The position numbers were made by a program, and so were the translations under genes. The notes beneath the pieces are model-generated. The model saw only the letters and a program-made list of their open reading frames with translations, ran no database searches and was not told the DNA's origin. DNA of 63,954 nt, counting the filler, from Octopus bimaculoides (lineage: Eukaryota), in NCBI RefSeq assembly GCF_001194135.2. It is 6 parts of 4 records of this genome, joined end to end, with 100 filler letters (N's around TTAATTAATTAA, not from the genome) between each part and the next. Parts side by side here need not be neighbours in the genome. Positions count along the whole stretch, not along the records: positions 1 to 28,263 come from NC_068982.1; 5 more parts are not named here. One strand, 5' to 3'. This document shows positions 12,951 through 26,333 of the stretch, in pieces (position 1 is the first letter of the stretch; every line of letters begins with the position of its first letter).

Positions 12951-13667
12951 ACAAAGGAAAGGAAATAGAACTGTATTCATAAACCGTTCTTCAGTTTACA
13001 GAGGTGGGTGGAAAAAATCGGTAAAATTGTGTTGGCTTCAACTAAACGAAAATTCAAATTTTCTCTTGCTAGAAAATTTATGACACAGATGACTTCGGTA
13101 AAGTTATAAAATAAAACAATATTCAACAATGCAAATCACAAAGTATTCAGCAAGTTAGTCACTGATCTGTTGTGAGCAATTTATCAAACTGCCACAATAT
13201 TACGTAGGAATCTAGACATATATATAACTGTCAATAATAAACTTGGAGAATAATACAATGGAATGACAGCTTAGCGGCTAGTGATAGTTGGGTAGTAACA
13301 GAAGTAGTCAATGTTAGCCAGTCAGTTTGACACAAGATCGGAAACATAGAAATACAGATGTTATTATCGTTGTTTAACCTCAAGTCTTGACTGTCTGGTT
13401 TTTTTGGTTGCTCTTTCATATCAAAAATTATATTGCGCAATATGCCGTTCATGTTTTATGCGGATAAGGCTTGATTTGAGGGAGATCTCGCCTCCTGTTT
13501 CGAAAAGGTTGACCGATTACGTAGAAGCTCCGTGTTTACTTCGGGAGATAAATATACTTTTTGGCAGCTTTTCTTCTTTTTTTTGTCTGAGATGAAAAAA
13601 AAAATCTAACTGTGACCACCACCACTCCCAGCACCATTCGACAACTCGTGCTGGTCCATTTCTAACC

Positions 13668-13992
13668 ATTCGTACTCCGTCGGTTACGACGACGAGGGTT
13701 CCAGTTGATCCGATCAAAGGAACAGCCTGTTCATGAAATTAACATGTAAGTGCCTGAGTACTCCACAGACATGCGTACTCTTAATGTACTTCTCAAGGAA
13801 ATTCAGCATGGCACACAGAATGTGACTAGGCTGACCCTTTGAATTACAGGTACTACGCATTTTTGCCAGCTGCATGGACTGGAGCAGCGTGAAATGAAGT
13901 CTTGCTCAAAAACATAAGGCACCGCCAAGTATCGAAATCACGACCTTACGATCGTGAACTGAATACTCTGACCACTAAGCCATGCGCCTTCA
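13668..13992 (-). mobile_element. SINE family C (mosaic 5' half)
   Basis: Reverse complement has a tRNA-like head, a CCAGTCCATGCAGCTGG core and the family C 3' block. Confidence 0.8.
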
Positions 13993-14001
13993 CATGCATA
14001 C

Positions 14002-14032
<31 letters not shown>

Positions 14033-14409
14033 TGTACAAACAATATATGAGTATATGCATATATATGTACATGTATGTATATACGTTCATCTACATGTAC
14101 ATATAGATACATAACTGGGTACATGACGTGGCAAAAGAACAAGGACAAAATGGTAAACAAGGTGCAACAAATAAGCAGGCCACATAGAAACATCCTCTTC
14201 ATCAGCTGCCACAATTAAAACTCCGGCGTTTCGAAGAATTAAGGCAGTACGCATCGTTAAAATGGTTCTTCCCACGAACACAAATTAAATTGTTTTCGTG
14301 GAGGGTAGTGGTGGTATGTATGCATGCATGTATGTATGTATGTATGTATGTATGTATGTATGTATGTATGTATGCATGAATGTATGTCTGTATGTATGTA
14401 TGTATGTAT

Positions 14410-14560
14410 AAACGATAGGCTTCTTTCAGTTTCCGCCTACCAAATCCACTCACAAGGTTTTGGTTGGTCCGAGATTATAGCAGAAGACACTTGCCAAAAG
14501 TTCCACGCAGTGGAACTGAACCCAGAACCTTGTGGTCAGAAAGCAAACTTCTTTCTGCAC
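14410..14560 (-). mobile_element. SINE family A, 5' part ending in its internal microsatellite
   Basis: GGCTTCTTTCAGTTTCCGCCTACCAAATCCACTCACAAGG is the reverse complement of the family A body. Confidence 0.8.
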
Positions 14561-14587
14561 ATCTACTTCTACACTCCACAAGTGGAA

Positions 14588-14940
14588 GCGTAATGGCTCA
14601 GTGGTTAGAGCAGCGAACTCGCGGTCGTGGGATCGCGGTTTCGATTCACAGACCGTGCGTTGTGAGTTTTTATTGAGCGAAAACACCTAAAGTTCCACGA
14701 GTATCTGGCAGCGGGGTGGTGAACCCTGCTGTACTCTTTCACCACAACTTTTTCTCACTCTTTCTTCCTCTTTCTGTTGTGCCTGAATTTCAAAAGGGCC
14801 ACTCTGTCACGCTGAATCTCCCCGAGAACTACGTTAAAGATACACGTGTCTGTGGAGTGCTCAGCCACTTGCACGTTGCAGGCTGTTCCGTTGATCGGAT
14901 CAACTGGAACGATCGTCGTCGTAACCGACGGAGTGCCACA
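14588..14940 (+). mobile_element. SINE family C
   Basis: TGGCTCAGTGGTTAGAGC A-box, GTTTCGATTC B-box, colinear with 7772-8145. Confidence 0.9.
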
Positions 14941-15664
14941 CTACGCATCTATAGTAAATTTCTGAGTAGAAATTCTTGACGCAGTCAACAATAAGCAAGG
15001 GAGAATGATTTCATGAAGATAGCCATACAATGAAAATAACACCCCAGTGCTTTGGGAATCTCTACACAATAATNNNNNNNNNNNNNNNNNNNNNNNNNNN
15101 NNNNNNNNNNNNNNNNNNNNNNNNNNNNNNNNNNNNNNNNNNNNNNNNNNNNNNNNNNNNNNNNNNNNNNNNNNNNNNNNNNNNNNNNNNNNNNNNNNNN
15201 NNNNNNNNNNNNNNNNNNNNNNNNNNNNNNNNNNNNNNNNNNNNNNNNNNNNNNNNNNNNNNNNNNNNNNNNNNNNNNNNNNNNNNNNNNNNNNNNNNNN
15301 NNNNNNNNNNNNNNNNNNNNNNNNNNNNNNNNNNNNNNNNNNNNNNNNNNNNNNNNNNNNNNNNNNNNNNNNNNNNNNNNNNNNNNNNNNNNNNNNNNNN
15401 NNNNNNNNNNNNNNNNNNNNNNNNNNNNNNNNNNNNNNNNNNNNNNNNNNNNNNNNNNNNNNNNNNNNNNNNNNNNNNNNNNNNNNNNNNNNNNNNNNNN
15501 NNNNNNNNNNNNNNNNNNNNNNNNNNNNTGTGTGTGTGTGTGTGTGTTTGTGTGTGAACTTCCACAACAAAAATCAACACGGACAGTAATTTTGTTTCCA
15601 TCTGTTTTTTTGGGGGTTTTTTTTTTATTGAACATTGTTTTACTTACATTTATCTTAGGCATCT

Positions 15665-15945
15665 TTCTCGAGCCCTATGGACTCATAAGTGCCGGTTTCC
15701 TGGTTTTCTGGTTTCCCTGTTCTCCGGGTTTCCGGTTTCCGTGGTGTGTATATGTATTTGCCCCCTGGACGGGACACCGGTCCGTCGCAGGATTACCCTT
15801 TTTTTGCTAGCTGAGTGGACTGGAGCCATGTGAAATGAGGTGTTTTACTCAAGAACACAACACATCGCCCGGTCCAGGAATCGAAACGACAATTTTATGA
15901 TTATGCGTCCAACACCCCTTAACCACTAGGCCACGCTCCCCACCC
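15665..15945 (-). mobile_element. SINE family D with tandem-expanded GGAAACC tail
   Basis: Reverse complement: tRNA-like head, CCAGTCCACTCAGCTAG core, CCTGCGACGGACCGGTGTCCCGTCCAGGGG block, several GGAAACCRG repeats. Confidence 0.8.
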
Positions 15946-15967
15946 CCTACGCATTATTTTATGGTTA

Positions 15968-16184
15968 TTCTCCTGTTCTTTTACTTGTTTCAGTCATTTG
16001 ACTGCGGCCATGCTGGAGCACCGCCTTTAGTCGAACAAATCGACCCCAGGACTTATTATTTGTAAGCTTAGTATTTATTCTATCGGTCGGTTTTGTCGAA
16101 CCGCAATTGTTACGGGGATGTAGACATGTCAACATCGGTTGCCAAGCGATGGTGGGGAACAAACACAGACACACAAACACACAC

Positions 16185-16237
<53 letters not shown>

Positions 16238-16265
16238 NNNNNNNNNNNNNNNNNNNNNNNNNNNN

Positions 16266-16330
<65 letters not shown>

Positions 16331-16450
16331 CGGGCTTCTTTCAGTTTCCGTCTACCAAATCTACTCACAAGGCTTTGATCAAACCGAGGCTATAGTAGAA
16401 GGCACTTGCCCAAGGTGCCAAGCAATGGGACTGAACCCGGAACCACACAG
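15968..16450 (-). mobile_element. SINE family A
   Basis: Both halves match family A on the minus strand around a (TA)/N/(TG) tract. Confidence 0.9.
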
Positions 16451-16957
16451 CCACTCCTGAGTATTAAAAGAACAATTCGTTTTATTATTTTGTATAACGA
16501 CCAAGCAATATGATAAAATTTGAATCATATTTATGGCGTGCATGTCATATTTTCTGATATTACCAAGGGTGGCAAAAGTACACTTCCAAAGTTACCCGTT
16601 GTCATGTGATGGGTCAAAGTTACCCGTCGTCGAATGACGGGTAACAAACACCCTTATTTCTTCTGGACTCTCTGTTGTCGCTTCGACGAATGAGGTTTCA
16701 GAAAGATACAGCTGCACAGAGTTCTTAGTTCAGTGTTTTGCTGTGTCACTGGACTCATACAGAAGGTGTGATGGTGTTGGTACTGGTGACTTGGTTTACT
16801 AAACAGCATGCGCAGTGAGTATGATTACAGTGGGCATGGCTGGTGCAGAGACAGTCCCACTTGCTTGTCATTCAGACTTGTATTTGTCTTAAGCAACAAG
16901 CGCCACGTATCCAGTAGTTATCAAGCTGCAGGTTTTCTATGGACTTACTCTTTCTTG

Positions 16958-17035
16958 AGGTGGTGAGCTGGCAAAATCGTTGGCACGCCGGGCGAAATGT
17001 TTAGCGGGCGAAATGTTTAGCGGGCGAAATGCTTC
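16958..17035 (+). mobile_element. SINE family B head with a 16-bp unit repeated three times
   Basis: GGTGAGCTGGCAAAATCG head; GGGCGAAATGTTTAGC at 16990 and 17006, partial third copy at 17022. Confidence 0.8.
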
Positions 17036-18142
17036 GATGAACAGTTAAAGAGCTGAAAGGCCTCATCCATTCTGAATCCATTGAGGTGTATCCCGGAGGC
17101 AATTCCGTGACACGATAATTAACTCACAACCGGGATCCTGACAGGTACTTCTACAATGCATCAGAGTAGACCTGGGAAGAAAAGTGGCAAAAAAGTGGTT
17201 CCACACTGCACAAAACTTTAGAACTCCCCAACCAGGGCTCCACAATTGGATGCAGTTTAAGGTGATACCCTGCATAAACAAACGCTCAGGCGAAGGCAAA
17301 ATGACTGTCCATTTTTGGATGGTTATTCTCAACGACCCAAAACAAGTTTATTGAGGCAAAAACATATTCACAACACTTTTAAGTCCGGTGTAATGTATAT
17401 TTTTCAATTACGTACGTGTCTAATCGAATCTGATTTTTTAAAAATGAGTTTAAAATTAATTATATATGAATTAATTAAGTGTACATTGTGTTTCGATCCA
17501 AACCATAAAATAAATGTTGTATATAATGTTATTTGATATATTTTAAATATTGATTAAGGGCGAGAGAAAAACATACGATATTTTCGTATTTGAAAAACTA
17601 GACGCGCTGGGAAAGAAAGAAAGAAAGAAAGAAAGACAGGCAGATTTGTTGTTATCGACGTCCAAACTGTATTCGGAAAAGACTTAATTCCATCTCCAAT
17701 GAAAAGTTAAAAGTTTATTTTATTAAGCAATGTTATAGACCTGTTTGGTTATGGTTTACGACCCTGGGGCAACAACGACAATAACAACAACAGCCATAAC
17801 AACCAGCTGCATACATTCAGATGCAATAAGCTCTATTAAACAATTTAGCAATTTACTTTTCTTCCATTTCTCTGTCTACGTTTACTTATTTATCAATGAT
17901 GGCCTTCTTTTCAAACGATTTACTTCTTACAACAAATACTTTTTCATTTCCTTTCCCTCTGCTTTTACCCTCTCTGTCTCCCTCTCTTTAGCTCTCTCTT
18001 TCTCTCTCTCTCACTCTCTCTCACTTTCTTTCTGTTTGGCTTTCTTTCTTTCTTTTCTTTCTTCCTTCTTACTTTCTTTTTCTTTCTATTTCTCTGTCGC
18101 TCTTGCTTTTATTCTCTAATTTTCAATCACCACTAATGTGAT

Positions 18143-18204
<62 letters not shown>

Positions 18205-18754
18205 NNNNNNNNNNNNNNNNNNNNNNNNNNNNNNNNNNNNNNNNNNNNNNNNNNNNNNNNNNNNNNNNNNNNNNNNNNNNNNNNNNNNNNNNNNNNNNNN
18301 NNNNNNNNNNNNNNNNNNNNNNNNNNNNNNNNNNNNNNNNNNNNNNNNNNNNNNNNNNNNNNNNNNNNNNNNNNNNNNNNNNNNNNNNNNNNNNNNNNNN
18401 NNNNNNNNNNNNNNNNNNNNNNNNNNNNNNNNNNNNNNNNNNNNNNNNNNNNNNNNNNNNNNNNNNNNNNNNNNNNNNNNNNNNNNNNNNNNNNNNNNNN
18501 NNNNNNNNNNNNNNNNNNNNNNNNNNNNNNNNNNNNNNNNNNNNNNNNNNNNNNNNNNNNNNNNNNNNNNNNNNNNNNNNNNNNNNNNNNNNNNNNNNNN
18601 NNNNNNNNNNNNNNNNNNNNNNNNNNNNNNNNNNNNNNNNNNNNNNNNNNNNNNNNNNACACACACACACAAACACACTCTCACACATACACATCATAGT
18701 AATCTTTAACTCACTCAATCTTTAACTCCCTCCGTCTTTTACTCTTCCACTGTT

Positions 18755-18800
<46 letters not shown>

Positions 18801-19116
18801 CCTCGTCCCATGGAAACCACATCTCAGACATCTCTGGCCATGGCACTCCGCCTCCAGCCTCATTAATCCCAGGGACAGCTGCCTAATTACAGATAAACTC
18901 CATTACCATAAACCATGTCTGCCTACGTCACCATTCATCGTCTTCCATAAATTATGGGCAGCCATTGCCTTTTCTATCTTTAAACATATTCTGCTGTGTT
19001 TGAGCGTCTGGCCGTATAGGCATATGTGATTATGTGTACGCGTATATACACATATGTATATGTAAACANNNNNNNNNNTATATATATATATGTGCGTATG
19101 TATGTATACAAATGTG

Positions 19117-19149
<33 letters not shown>

Positions 19150-19256
19150 ATGTGTGTATCTATAGAAATGTGTACATACATATCCATATATGTGTGTGCA
19201 TATATATATGTGTGTATGTGTGTGTATGCATGTATGTATGCATGCATGTATATGTA

Positions 19257-19367
<111 letters not shown>

Positions 19368-19844
19368 ATGCTAATCAATAGAAATCAAAACAAATATAGA
19401 CTTTAATTTAACGCGAAGAATATGCTCAGCCGCTTCGAATGTTGAAACTCGAAATAAAAGACTCCAAGAACTAAAACAACTACCACTTAATAGATAATAT
19501 CCACGAAAGTTAATTGGCAACGGATCAGGGTGTGCAAAAGCATTAGACATTCAAGAATTACCAAAAACGTAAAGCAATTCCAATACAGCAAATATTCTGT
19601 CTTACCTCACAACACACTACACAAGAAATACAAAAACAAACAACATTATTCATCAGAGCATTTCCATTATTGAAGCAAAAACCAAAAACAAGCACTCGAA
19701 ATACACAAGATAATTCTAAAAGCATCACAGACAAACGGCCAAATTACCCAGTAAAAATACGGCAATAGTCAAAGAGTGTCATCGTCCGGCCTGCTGAACT
19801 CTCATCAAACTTATACAAGACACGCCTTTATGAATTGGAATACA

Positions 19845-20435
19845 GGCGCAGGTGTGGCTGTGTGGTAAGAAGGCAGCGAGCTGGCAGAAACGCCGGGCGA
19901 AATGCTTAGCGGTATTTCGTCTGTCTTTATGTTCTGAGTTCAAATTCCGCCAAGGTCGACTTTGCCTTTCATCCTTTCGGGGTCGATAAATTAAGTACCA
20001 GTTACGCACTGGGATCGATGTAATCGACTTAATCCCTTTGTCTGTCCTTGTTTGTCCCCTCTATGTTTAGCCCCTTGTGTGCAATAAAGAAATAAGAAGT
20101 TTGCTTCCCAGCCACATGGCTCCAGGTTCGGTAACGCCTTGGGTAACTCCTGCGTAACTGTAGCTCCAGGCCGACCAAAGCACTATGAGTGGATTTGGTT
20201 GAGGGAAACTGAAAGAAGCCCGTCATATGTGTGCTTCTGTGTTTGTGTGTCTGTTTATCCCTCACCGCAACTTAACAATCAGTGTTGGTTTGTTTACGTC
20301 CCCGTAAATTAGCAGTTCAGCAAAAAAGACCGAAAGAATAAGTGCCAGGTTTTTAAAGTACTGGGGTCGATCCAGTCAACTAAAACTTCTTCAGTGCAGT
20401 GCCCCAGCATGGCTGCAGCCTAATGAATGAGACAA
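19845..20435 (+). mobile_element. SINE family A host interrupted by a family B insertion
   Basis: Head GGCGCAGGTGTGGCTGTGTGGTAAGAAG resumes as TTTGCTTCCCAGCCACATGG at 20100. Confidence 0.9.
19873..20099 (+). mobile_element. SINE family B, complete, with 7-bp TSD
   Basis: TAAGAAG at 19866-19872 and 20093-20099 flanks a complete family B copy ending ...GCAATAAAGAAA. Confidence 0.92.
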
Positions 20436-22238
20436 TTAAAATATATGAGACAGATTAACACTGTAAAACGGTGCCACTGCGATGATTTGTCAAAAACTTG
20501 AATTTATGCCATTAAATGTAATAGTTTTAACGAAGAATATATTGCACGAAAGAAACTTAGCTTGGGAAACAGAATTAATATTATTAAGCAATAAATGCGA
20601 AATCTTAATACCAGACAGATTCCACTAAGGGAACATTTACACGTACGCAACAAACTAGTCGCCATATGTTCTAGTTTCCCTATATTAGCTTTCTTTCGTC
20701 AAGACCACTGGTCAAATAAGTACAAATAAAGAATAAATGCTTATCAACATATGCAAGCCACGACTGAATAAGTTGTAGCTACATAACGAACAGGGCCAGG
20801 TAACATTACACTATTTTATTTCACATTCTCACAGATAAACACATACATAAACACACACACAAACAAATCAGCTATTTCTCTATTTTTAGTTATTCTGAAA
20901 AACTTCTTTATACTATCACATGATATTGGCTTAAAACAGGTTTGGCTTTTGATACAAATATTGCCCATGTTGTCACGAGATATAATACGTGGACATAACG
21001 TGCGTTTTTTATCTACATTCAACTTAAATTTTGGCTCAACTATCATTCGTAAAGTCACTTTCTGGCCTCGTGATAAGCTTCATCCAATCAATTGTGGCTC
21101 AAATGATGGCAATTTGGACCATACTCTCTCGCTAACAAGAAGCAAATTTTAGAATTCCAATCAGATTCGAGACAAATATGGCACAGCACCGGGGCTCTCT
21201 GTTTTACAAGATCTATGAAAATTGTGGAATTGTGAAATNNNNNNNNNNNNNNNNNNNNNNNNNNNNNNNNNNNNNNNNNNNNNNNNNNNNNNNNNNNNNN
21301 NNNNNNNNNNNNNNNNNNNNNNNNNNNNNNNNNNNNNNNNNNNNNNNNNNNNNNNNNNNNNNNNNNNNNNNNNNNNNNNNNNNNNNNNNNNNNNNNNNNN
21401 NNNNNNNNNNNNNNNNNNNNNNNNNNNNNNNNNNNNNNNNNNNNNNNNNNNNNNNNNNNNNNNNNNNNNNNNNNNNNNNNNNNNNNNNNNNNNNNNNNNN
21501 NNNNNNNNNNNNNNNNNNNNNNNNNNNNNNNNNNNNNNNNNNNNNNNNNNNNNNNNNNNNNNNNNNNNNNNNNNNNNNNNNNNNNNNNNNNNNNNNNNNN
21601 NNNNNNNNNNNNNNNNNNNNNNNNNNNNNNNNNNNNNNNNNNNAAAAATTTAAAAGATGCTTGGTTTATTTTATTTGTATTACAATTGGAAAAGTAATGC
21701 AAGCTAAAAGATTAAAATATATAATACCTATAAAAATAAGTATAAAAGGAACCGCATCAACAAAATAGCCCAAAAATATCCAAAAAGATATTCTACATAT
21801 GTTTCAATATAACAATATTTTAGAATCATCAATAACTGTAACTTTTAAAGATGTAATAAGCGGTATATTGTTAGATCTCTTCAGGAAAAATAAGTATATT
21901 TTAGTTTTGAGTTACGAAATGTATTATTTGAGGACTATGTTTAAGAATTTTCAAATGTAAACAAACTACTTTGAAAGACGCAGATCTCATGTGCATATGC
22001 ACGTGTACCTACATATATCGATATCGATTTTTTAAAATATCGACCAATGCACCGATATATACGTAGAGGCCTCCTCTAGTGTTTACTGTGCACTTATACA
22101 CCACATTTCTGGTTATGCATTGATTGTCCAAGGGACATTTGGATCTGTCTCTGCATGAGCATAAACTGTACCGGTGCTCTACTCAACATTTACACACACT
22201 AATCGAATTTTACGTATTTGTCCAAATTATTTATTTAA

Positions 22239-22301
<63 letters not shown>

Positions 22302-22350
22302 CATTATTCCCATAGTGGAATATGAATCAGACGTCAATACAGTTTCGGCC

Positions 22351-22670
22351 TACGTGGTCTGATCAATAAGTATCCGGACTGCTACCATAGTAACGAAGCT
22401 AAAGCACGCAGAGTAAAACCACTTGACACAGGTTGAGCTTGAACTCTGCTGTCCTTACGTATTAACTTTTAACGCTCTAGATCACTTCCGCTATTTATAG
22501 AAGTGCTTGGAAGGAAGGTGTGTAGCGTGTGATCGAAGTATTGAGCATCACAGAGAAAGCTGAGTAGAGAATCTGCATCAAATTTTGACAAAAGCTTAGA
22601 GATATCTGCTCAGAGGCCTACGCAAAGTTTTCAAAAAGTTTTCATCATTCTCGAGACAATCAAGATCTTG
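22351..22670 (+). mobile_element. mariner-type transposon 5' fragment
   Basis: TACGTGGTCTGATCAATAAGTATCCGGACT TIR-like start; degenerate N-terminus (E.RICIKF..KL) near 22560-22610. Confidence 0.55.
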
Positions 22671-25297
22671 TACAACTAAAACCCGAGTGTCTTCTTGGTC
22701 AGCTCATAGATAGATAGATAGACAGACAGATAGATAGATACAGAGAGAGAGAGAGAGATGGACAGATAGATAGATAGATAGATAGATAGATNNNNNNNNN
22801 NNNNNNNNNNNNNNNNNNNNNNNNNNNNNNNNNNNNNNNNNNNNNNNNNNNNNNNNNNNNNNNNNNNNNNNNNNNNNNNNNNNNNNNNNNNACATATTTT
22901 GTTAACAATCAAAAGGAAATCAATATTTATGGCACCCCCCCACCACCACCACCACCACCACAAAAAAAGCACTGTTTTCAGTGGCACTGGTTATGCTAAT
23001 TTTCTTTATTGCATTTGACTAAATCAAAAAGTTAAGTAGTTAGGTTGTGCTCTTGATAGCCCAAATCATTTACTGTGAATAGTGACAACAATCTAGCAAT
23101 CAAATTGCAGTTTTGTGTTCAATTTCTTGAACAGTTGTTATTGTTTTATCTAGAGGGAGATTTCATCTGTCATGTGTTTGACACTTCAAAGACAGGGTTT
23201 GTGATCTAGAAAGAAATAATTTTTCTTAATATTCCTTTATTTAACAGAGCCTATTGTAATCTAGTACAGTTCATCAGGAAGTGCATTGCTAAGTAGACAG
23301 TTACATTCCAAATATTTATTATATATGAAGTTTAGATATGTTGTTAATTATGTGGGTATTATTACATTTAATAGACAAATCCTATTTCATTTTTCAGTAG
23401 ATAAATATAAACTAGCACTCATAAAAGGTCTAAATTTATGGTTTGTCCCTTCTATAAAAGAGAATCGAAAATAGATTATGATACTCTCCTTTGTTCAATC
23501 AACTTAGAATATAAAAAAAGTCACATTGTACAGATGATTATAATTTTTTTTTTTTTACATTTTCATGTGAAGAACAATGTGTGAATTGTTGTTTACATAT
23601 GGAATTTGTTAATCACATCAACATAAATGTAATTAACTTCAGATGTATCAGATTATTAATTTCATATAAGACTACTTAAAATTGTTTTTATTGCATAATT
23701 GAAATACATTTATGTGTGCATACACACATTTGTGTGCACACACACATTTGTGTAGCAATACAAATTAACTTGTATGGTTATCATTGGTTTTGTGACCTTG
23801 TTTAATCTCACATGGCAGAAAATTATGAGAAATATTTGGGAAGAAAATTTGCTTTTTCTTAATGTGCAAGTCTGTAAACTCAGAATATTCTGCCATGGTT
23901 CTGCATAATGCTGCATCAGAAAGGCAGTCATATAGTGCATGTCATCACATGAACCATACAAACCTGGTTTACATTCTTTCTTTAGGAAGTCAGGAACTTG
24001 CTCTTGTAAGGGAAAAACTTTGTAAAACAGTAAGGGGAGAGGGTTGCTAGCACATCACTCTCTACCCACATTTTTCCTATCCACATCTTTAATATGAGGC
24101 CTTAACAAAATTCAATAATAGGTATAGATGCAAATCTAATTATTTGTCTCCTAAAATCAGGCATAACTTGGCGATCGGTCGACTTACAACACCGTTCTTC
24201 GTCGAGTTTACTTGGTAAAGAGTTTGTAAACTTGACAAAGTCAAGGTGAGCTCTAATTGGCTGTATGCAAATGAGTTCATTACTGGGGTTTGGAAATCTT
24301 GTGGGAAAAAATTCCACGGCTGGGCATTTGACTAAGGTGAATAACTCCTCGAAAGGTGATGTGGGTTATTTCCCCTGAAATGTCTTTAGCGTTTATGAGA
24401 GGCCGAGATACAAGAGGAAAGTCTAAGACGCAGCTATATCAGATGTCTGTGTTGATATGTTGTTCTAGTTAGGTGAAAAACCCTAATCTCTGCACACACT
24501 CACACGTGTGTGAATGTATGTAATACGTATGCATTCATGCATCTCATGACAGTTTTTGTGTTTTTTTCCATGCTGTTGCCAATTTATTTTAGTTTCCCAT
24601 TATGACATTCAGGGGAATAGTTTGTGTTTCTTTGAATATTTAGAGGTTCATTGAATTTGGGGATTGCAAACAATGAAAGATTATATAAATATGGATTTTC
24701 TTTTTGTTTTGTACATACCATCAAAGTCTTCAGATTTGATTGATAGAATAATTCAATAATTACACAATATATGGTTTGTGAATACAAATTTATGCTTGGA
24801 TGGAATTTAACAAAGAATTTAAGAGAATTTAATTTAGAAGATCAATCAAAGCAAATTTCATGTAAATTTATTCGGATGTGTACACACATATTTCCATTCT
24901 CTACATTGTCAATTGGATAATTTGTGTTGTAGAAAGTGTACATAGTTTCTTGGTTGTGAAAGCAAATTTGTGCAAGTGGATAAATGGCTAATAGCAAAGG
25001 AAAATGAGATAGTATACATGTATTTAAACTAGTGGAAATTATTCTGTTAAAGCTGGACCAAAGACTAACTACTAGTTAAATGACAGAGTGAACTGAAATG
25101 GCATAGTCATAGCTGCTGCTGATGAAGGCTAAGAGAGAATGTGATTGTTATTTATGAAAATTAATAGAAACTGAAACTTTTAATAATCAATGAATTTTGA
25201 AATATATTACTTATTGGCAATTAAAGAACTGGCCATCATTTTTGTTGCTTTTTCATTTTCTTCCTCCAGTCATTAATAGTATTTTCACCTTTTTTAG

Positions 25298-25480
25298 GAA
25301 TGGTAGATGGTGGCTCTCCTTTTACAACGCCGTCACCTGGTACACGGAACTGGCTTGGCTCTCCATCAGCTCAGGGACCTTCGCCTGTATCACGGCATGG
25401 CACAGCAACCTCTCCTGGCCATCCAGCATTACATTCACCTCAAACTCAAGTTAAAGATTCAGAACATTCAAAATCTTCAG
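25298..25480 (+). CDS. MED14: Mediator subunit 14, internal coding exon (Ser/Pro-rich region)
   Basis: ttttttAG|GAATG...TCTTCAG|GTAAGT, 183 nt, phase 1-1. Encodes (G)MVDGGSPFTTPSPGTRNWLGSPSAQGPSPVSRHGTATSPGHPALHSP, matching my recollection of the human MED14 segment NWPGSPQVSGPSP...SPANPSLHSP. Confidence 0.88.
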
Positions 25481-26127
25481 GTAAGTCTTGAATATTTCTT
25501 TAAAATGGTGAAAGTTATATTATAATTTTATTTTATATTTTTAAATCTTTTTCCCTGACGTTTTCTGATAGTAGTAGAATGATTTTGAGATATATTCTTC
25601 GTATTGGCATCTGATTTCTATTTACCATCAAGTAGTGTTCATGTCTTTTCTCTCCTGACATAATAATAATAAACAAAAAAAAACAAAAAGACAAACTCCC
25701 CCTTCNNNNNNNNNNNTCCCCCCCCCCCCAAAAAAAAAGAAACCCACCAGTTTTATAGCATCCTAGCGTTAGAGAGTTGCTTCTCCAGACATGTGGTGTG
25801 CATGAATGATGGCAGTTGGGGGAATAAGGGTCAAGTGATCCAAATGAAAGAAGCTTGTGGAAGATGAAGTGGAGAAGGCTGATCTCAGCATGCTGAACCT
25901 CACAAAGATGATAACAAGGGGTTGCAACAATTTGGAGAGGCATTATAATGGATTTAAACCAACTATGCCAATTTAGAAACATGGATGTAGATTTGATGTT
26001 GAATACTTGTTTTGTTTTTGGACTGAAAGATATAATTAAAAAAACAAAAGTTTTTTTTAATGTCTTTTTACCTTTGCTTTTTATTAATCAATTTTTAATC
26101 AATATTTGATATTTTTATGATGTCTAG

Positions 26128-26333
26128 TTGTGAGCCCTGCTCCCAGAATGTTACCACAGAGATCATGGGCTGCTTCCATTCCAACTATATTATCTCATGA
26201 AGCATTCAGTAAATTGCTGACACCATGCCCATTGCCAGGAATGAATTTCCTACCAGCATCTCCACTGGAACGATTTTTGGGTTGTGTCTATTTCCGGAGA
26301 CATCTACCTCGAGTAATACAAGGAGAAAGTTCA
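26128..26333 (+). CDS. MED14: Mediator subunit 14, next internal coding exon
   Basis: ctAG|TTGTG...AGTTCA|GTAAGT; joins the previous exon in frame (G+TT=Val). Encodes LPQRSWAASIPTILSHEA...SPLERFLGCVYFRRHL, recalled human MED14 LPQRSWAASIPTILTHSA...SPLERFLGSVIMRRHL. Confidence 0.93.

Noticed and set aside
14588-14655. tRNA-like sequence with A and B boxes
   Set aside because: No closing acceptor stem; it continues into a multicopy SINE body.
18810-19020. GC-richer unique stretch considered as an upstream MED14 exon
   Set aside because: No frame gives the expected Ser/Pro-rich MED14 sequence, and it lies across the 100-N gap.
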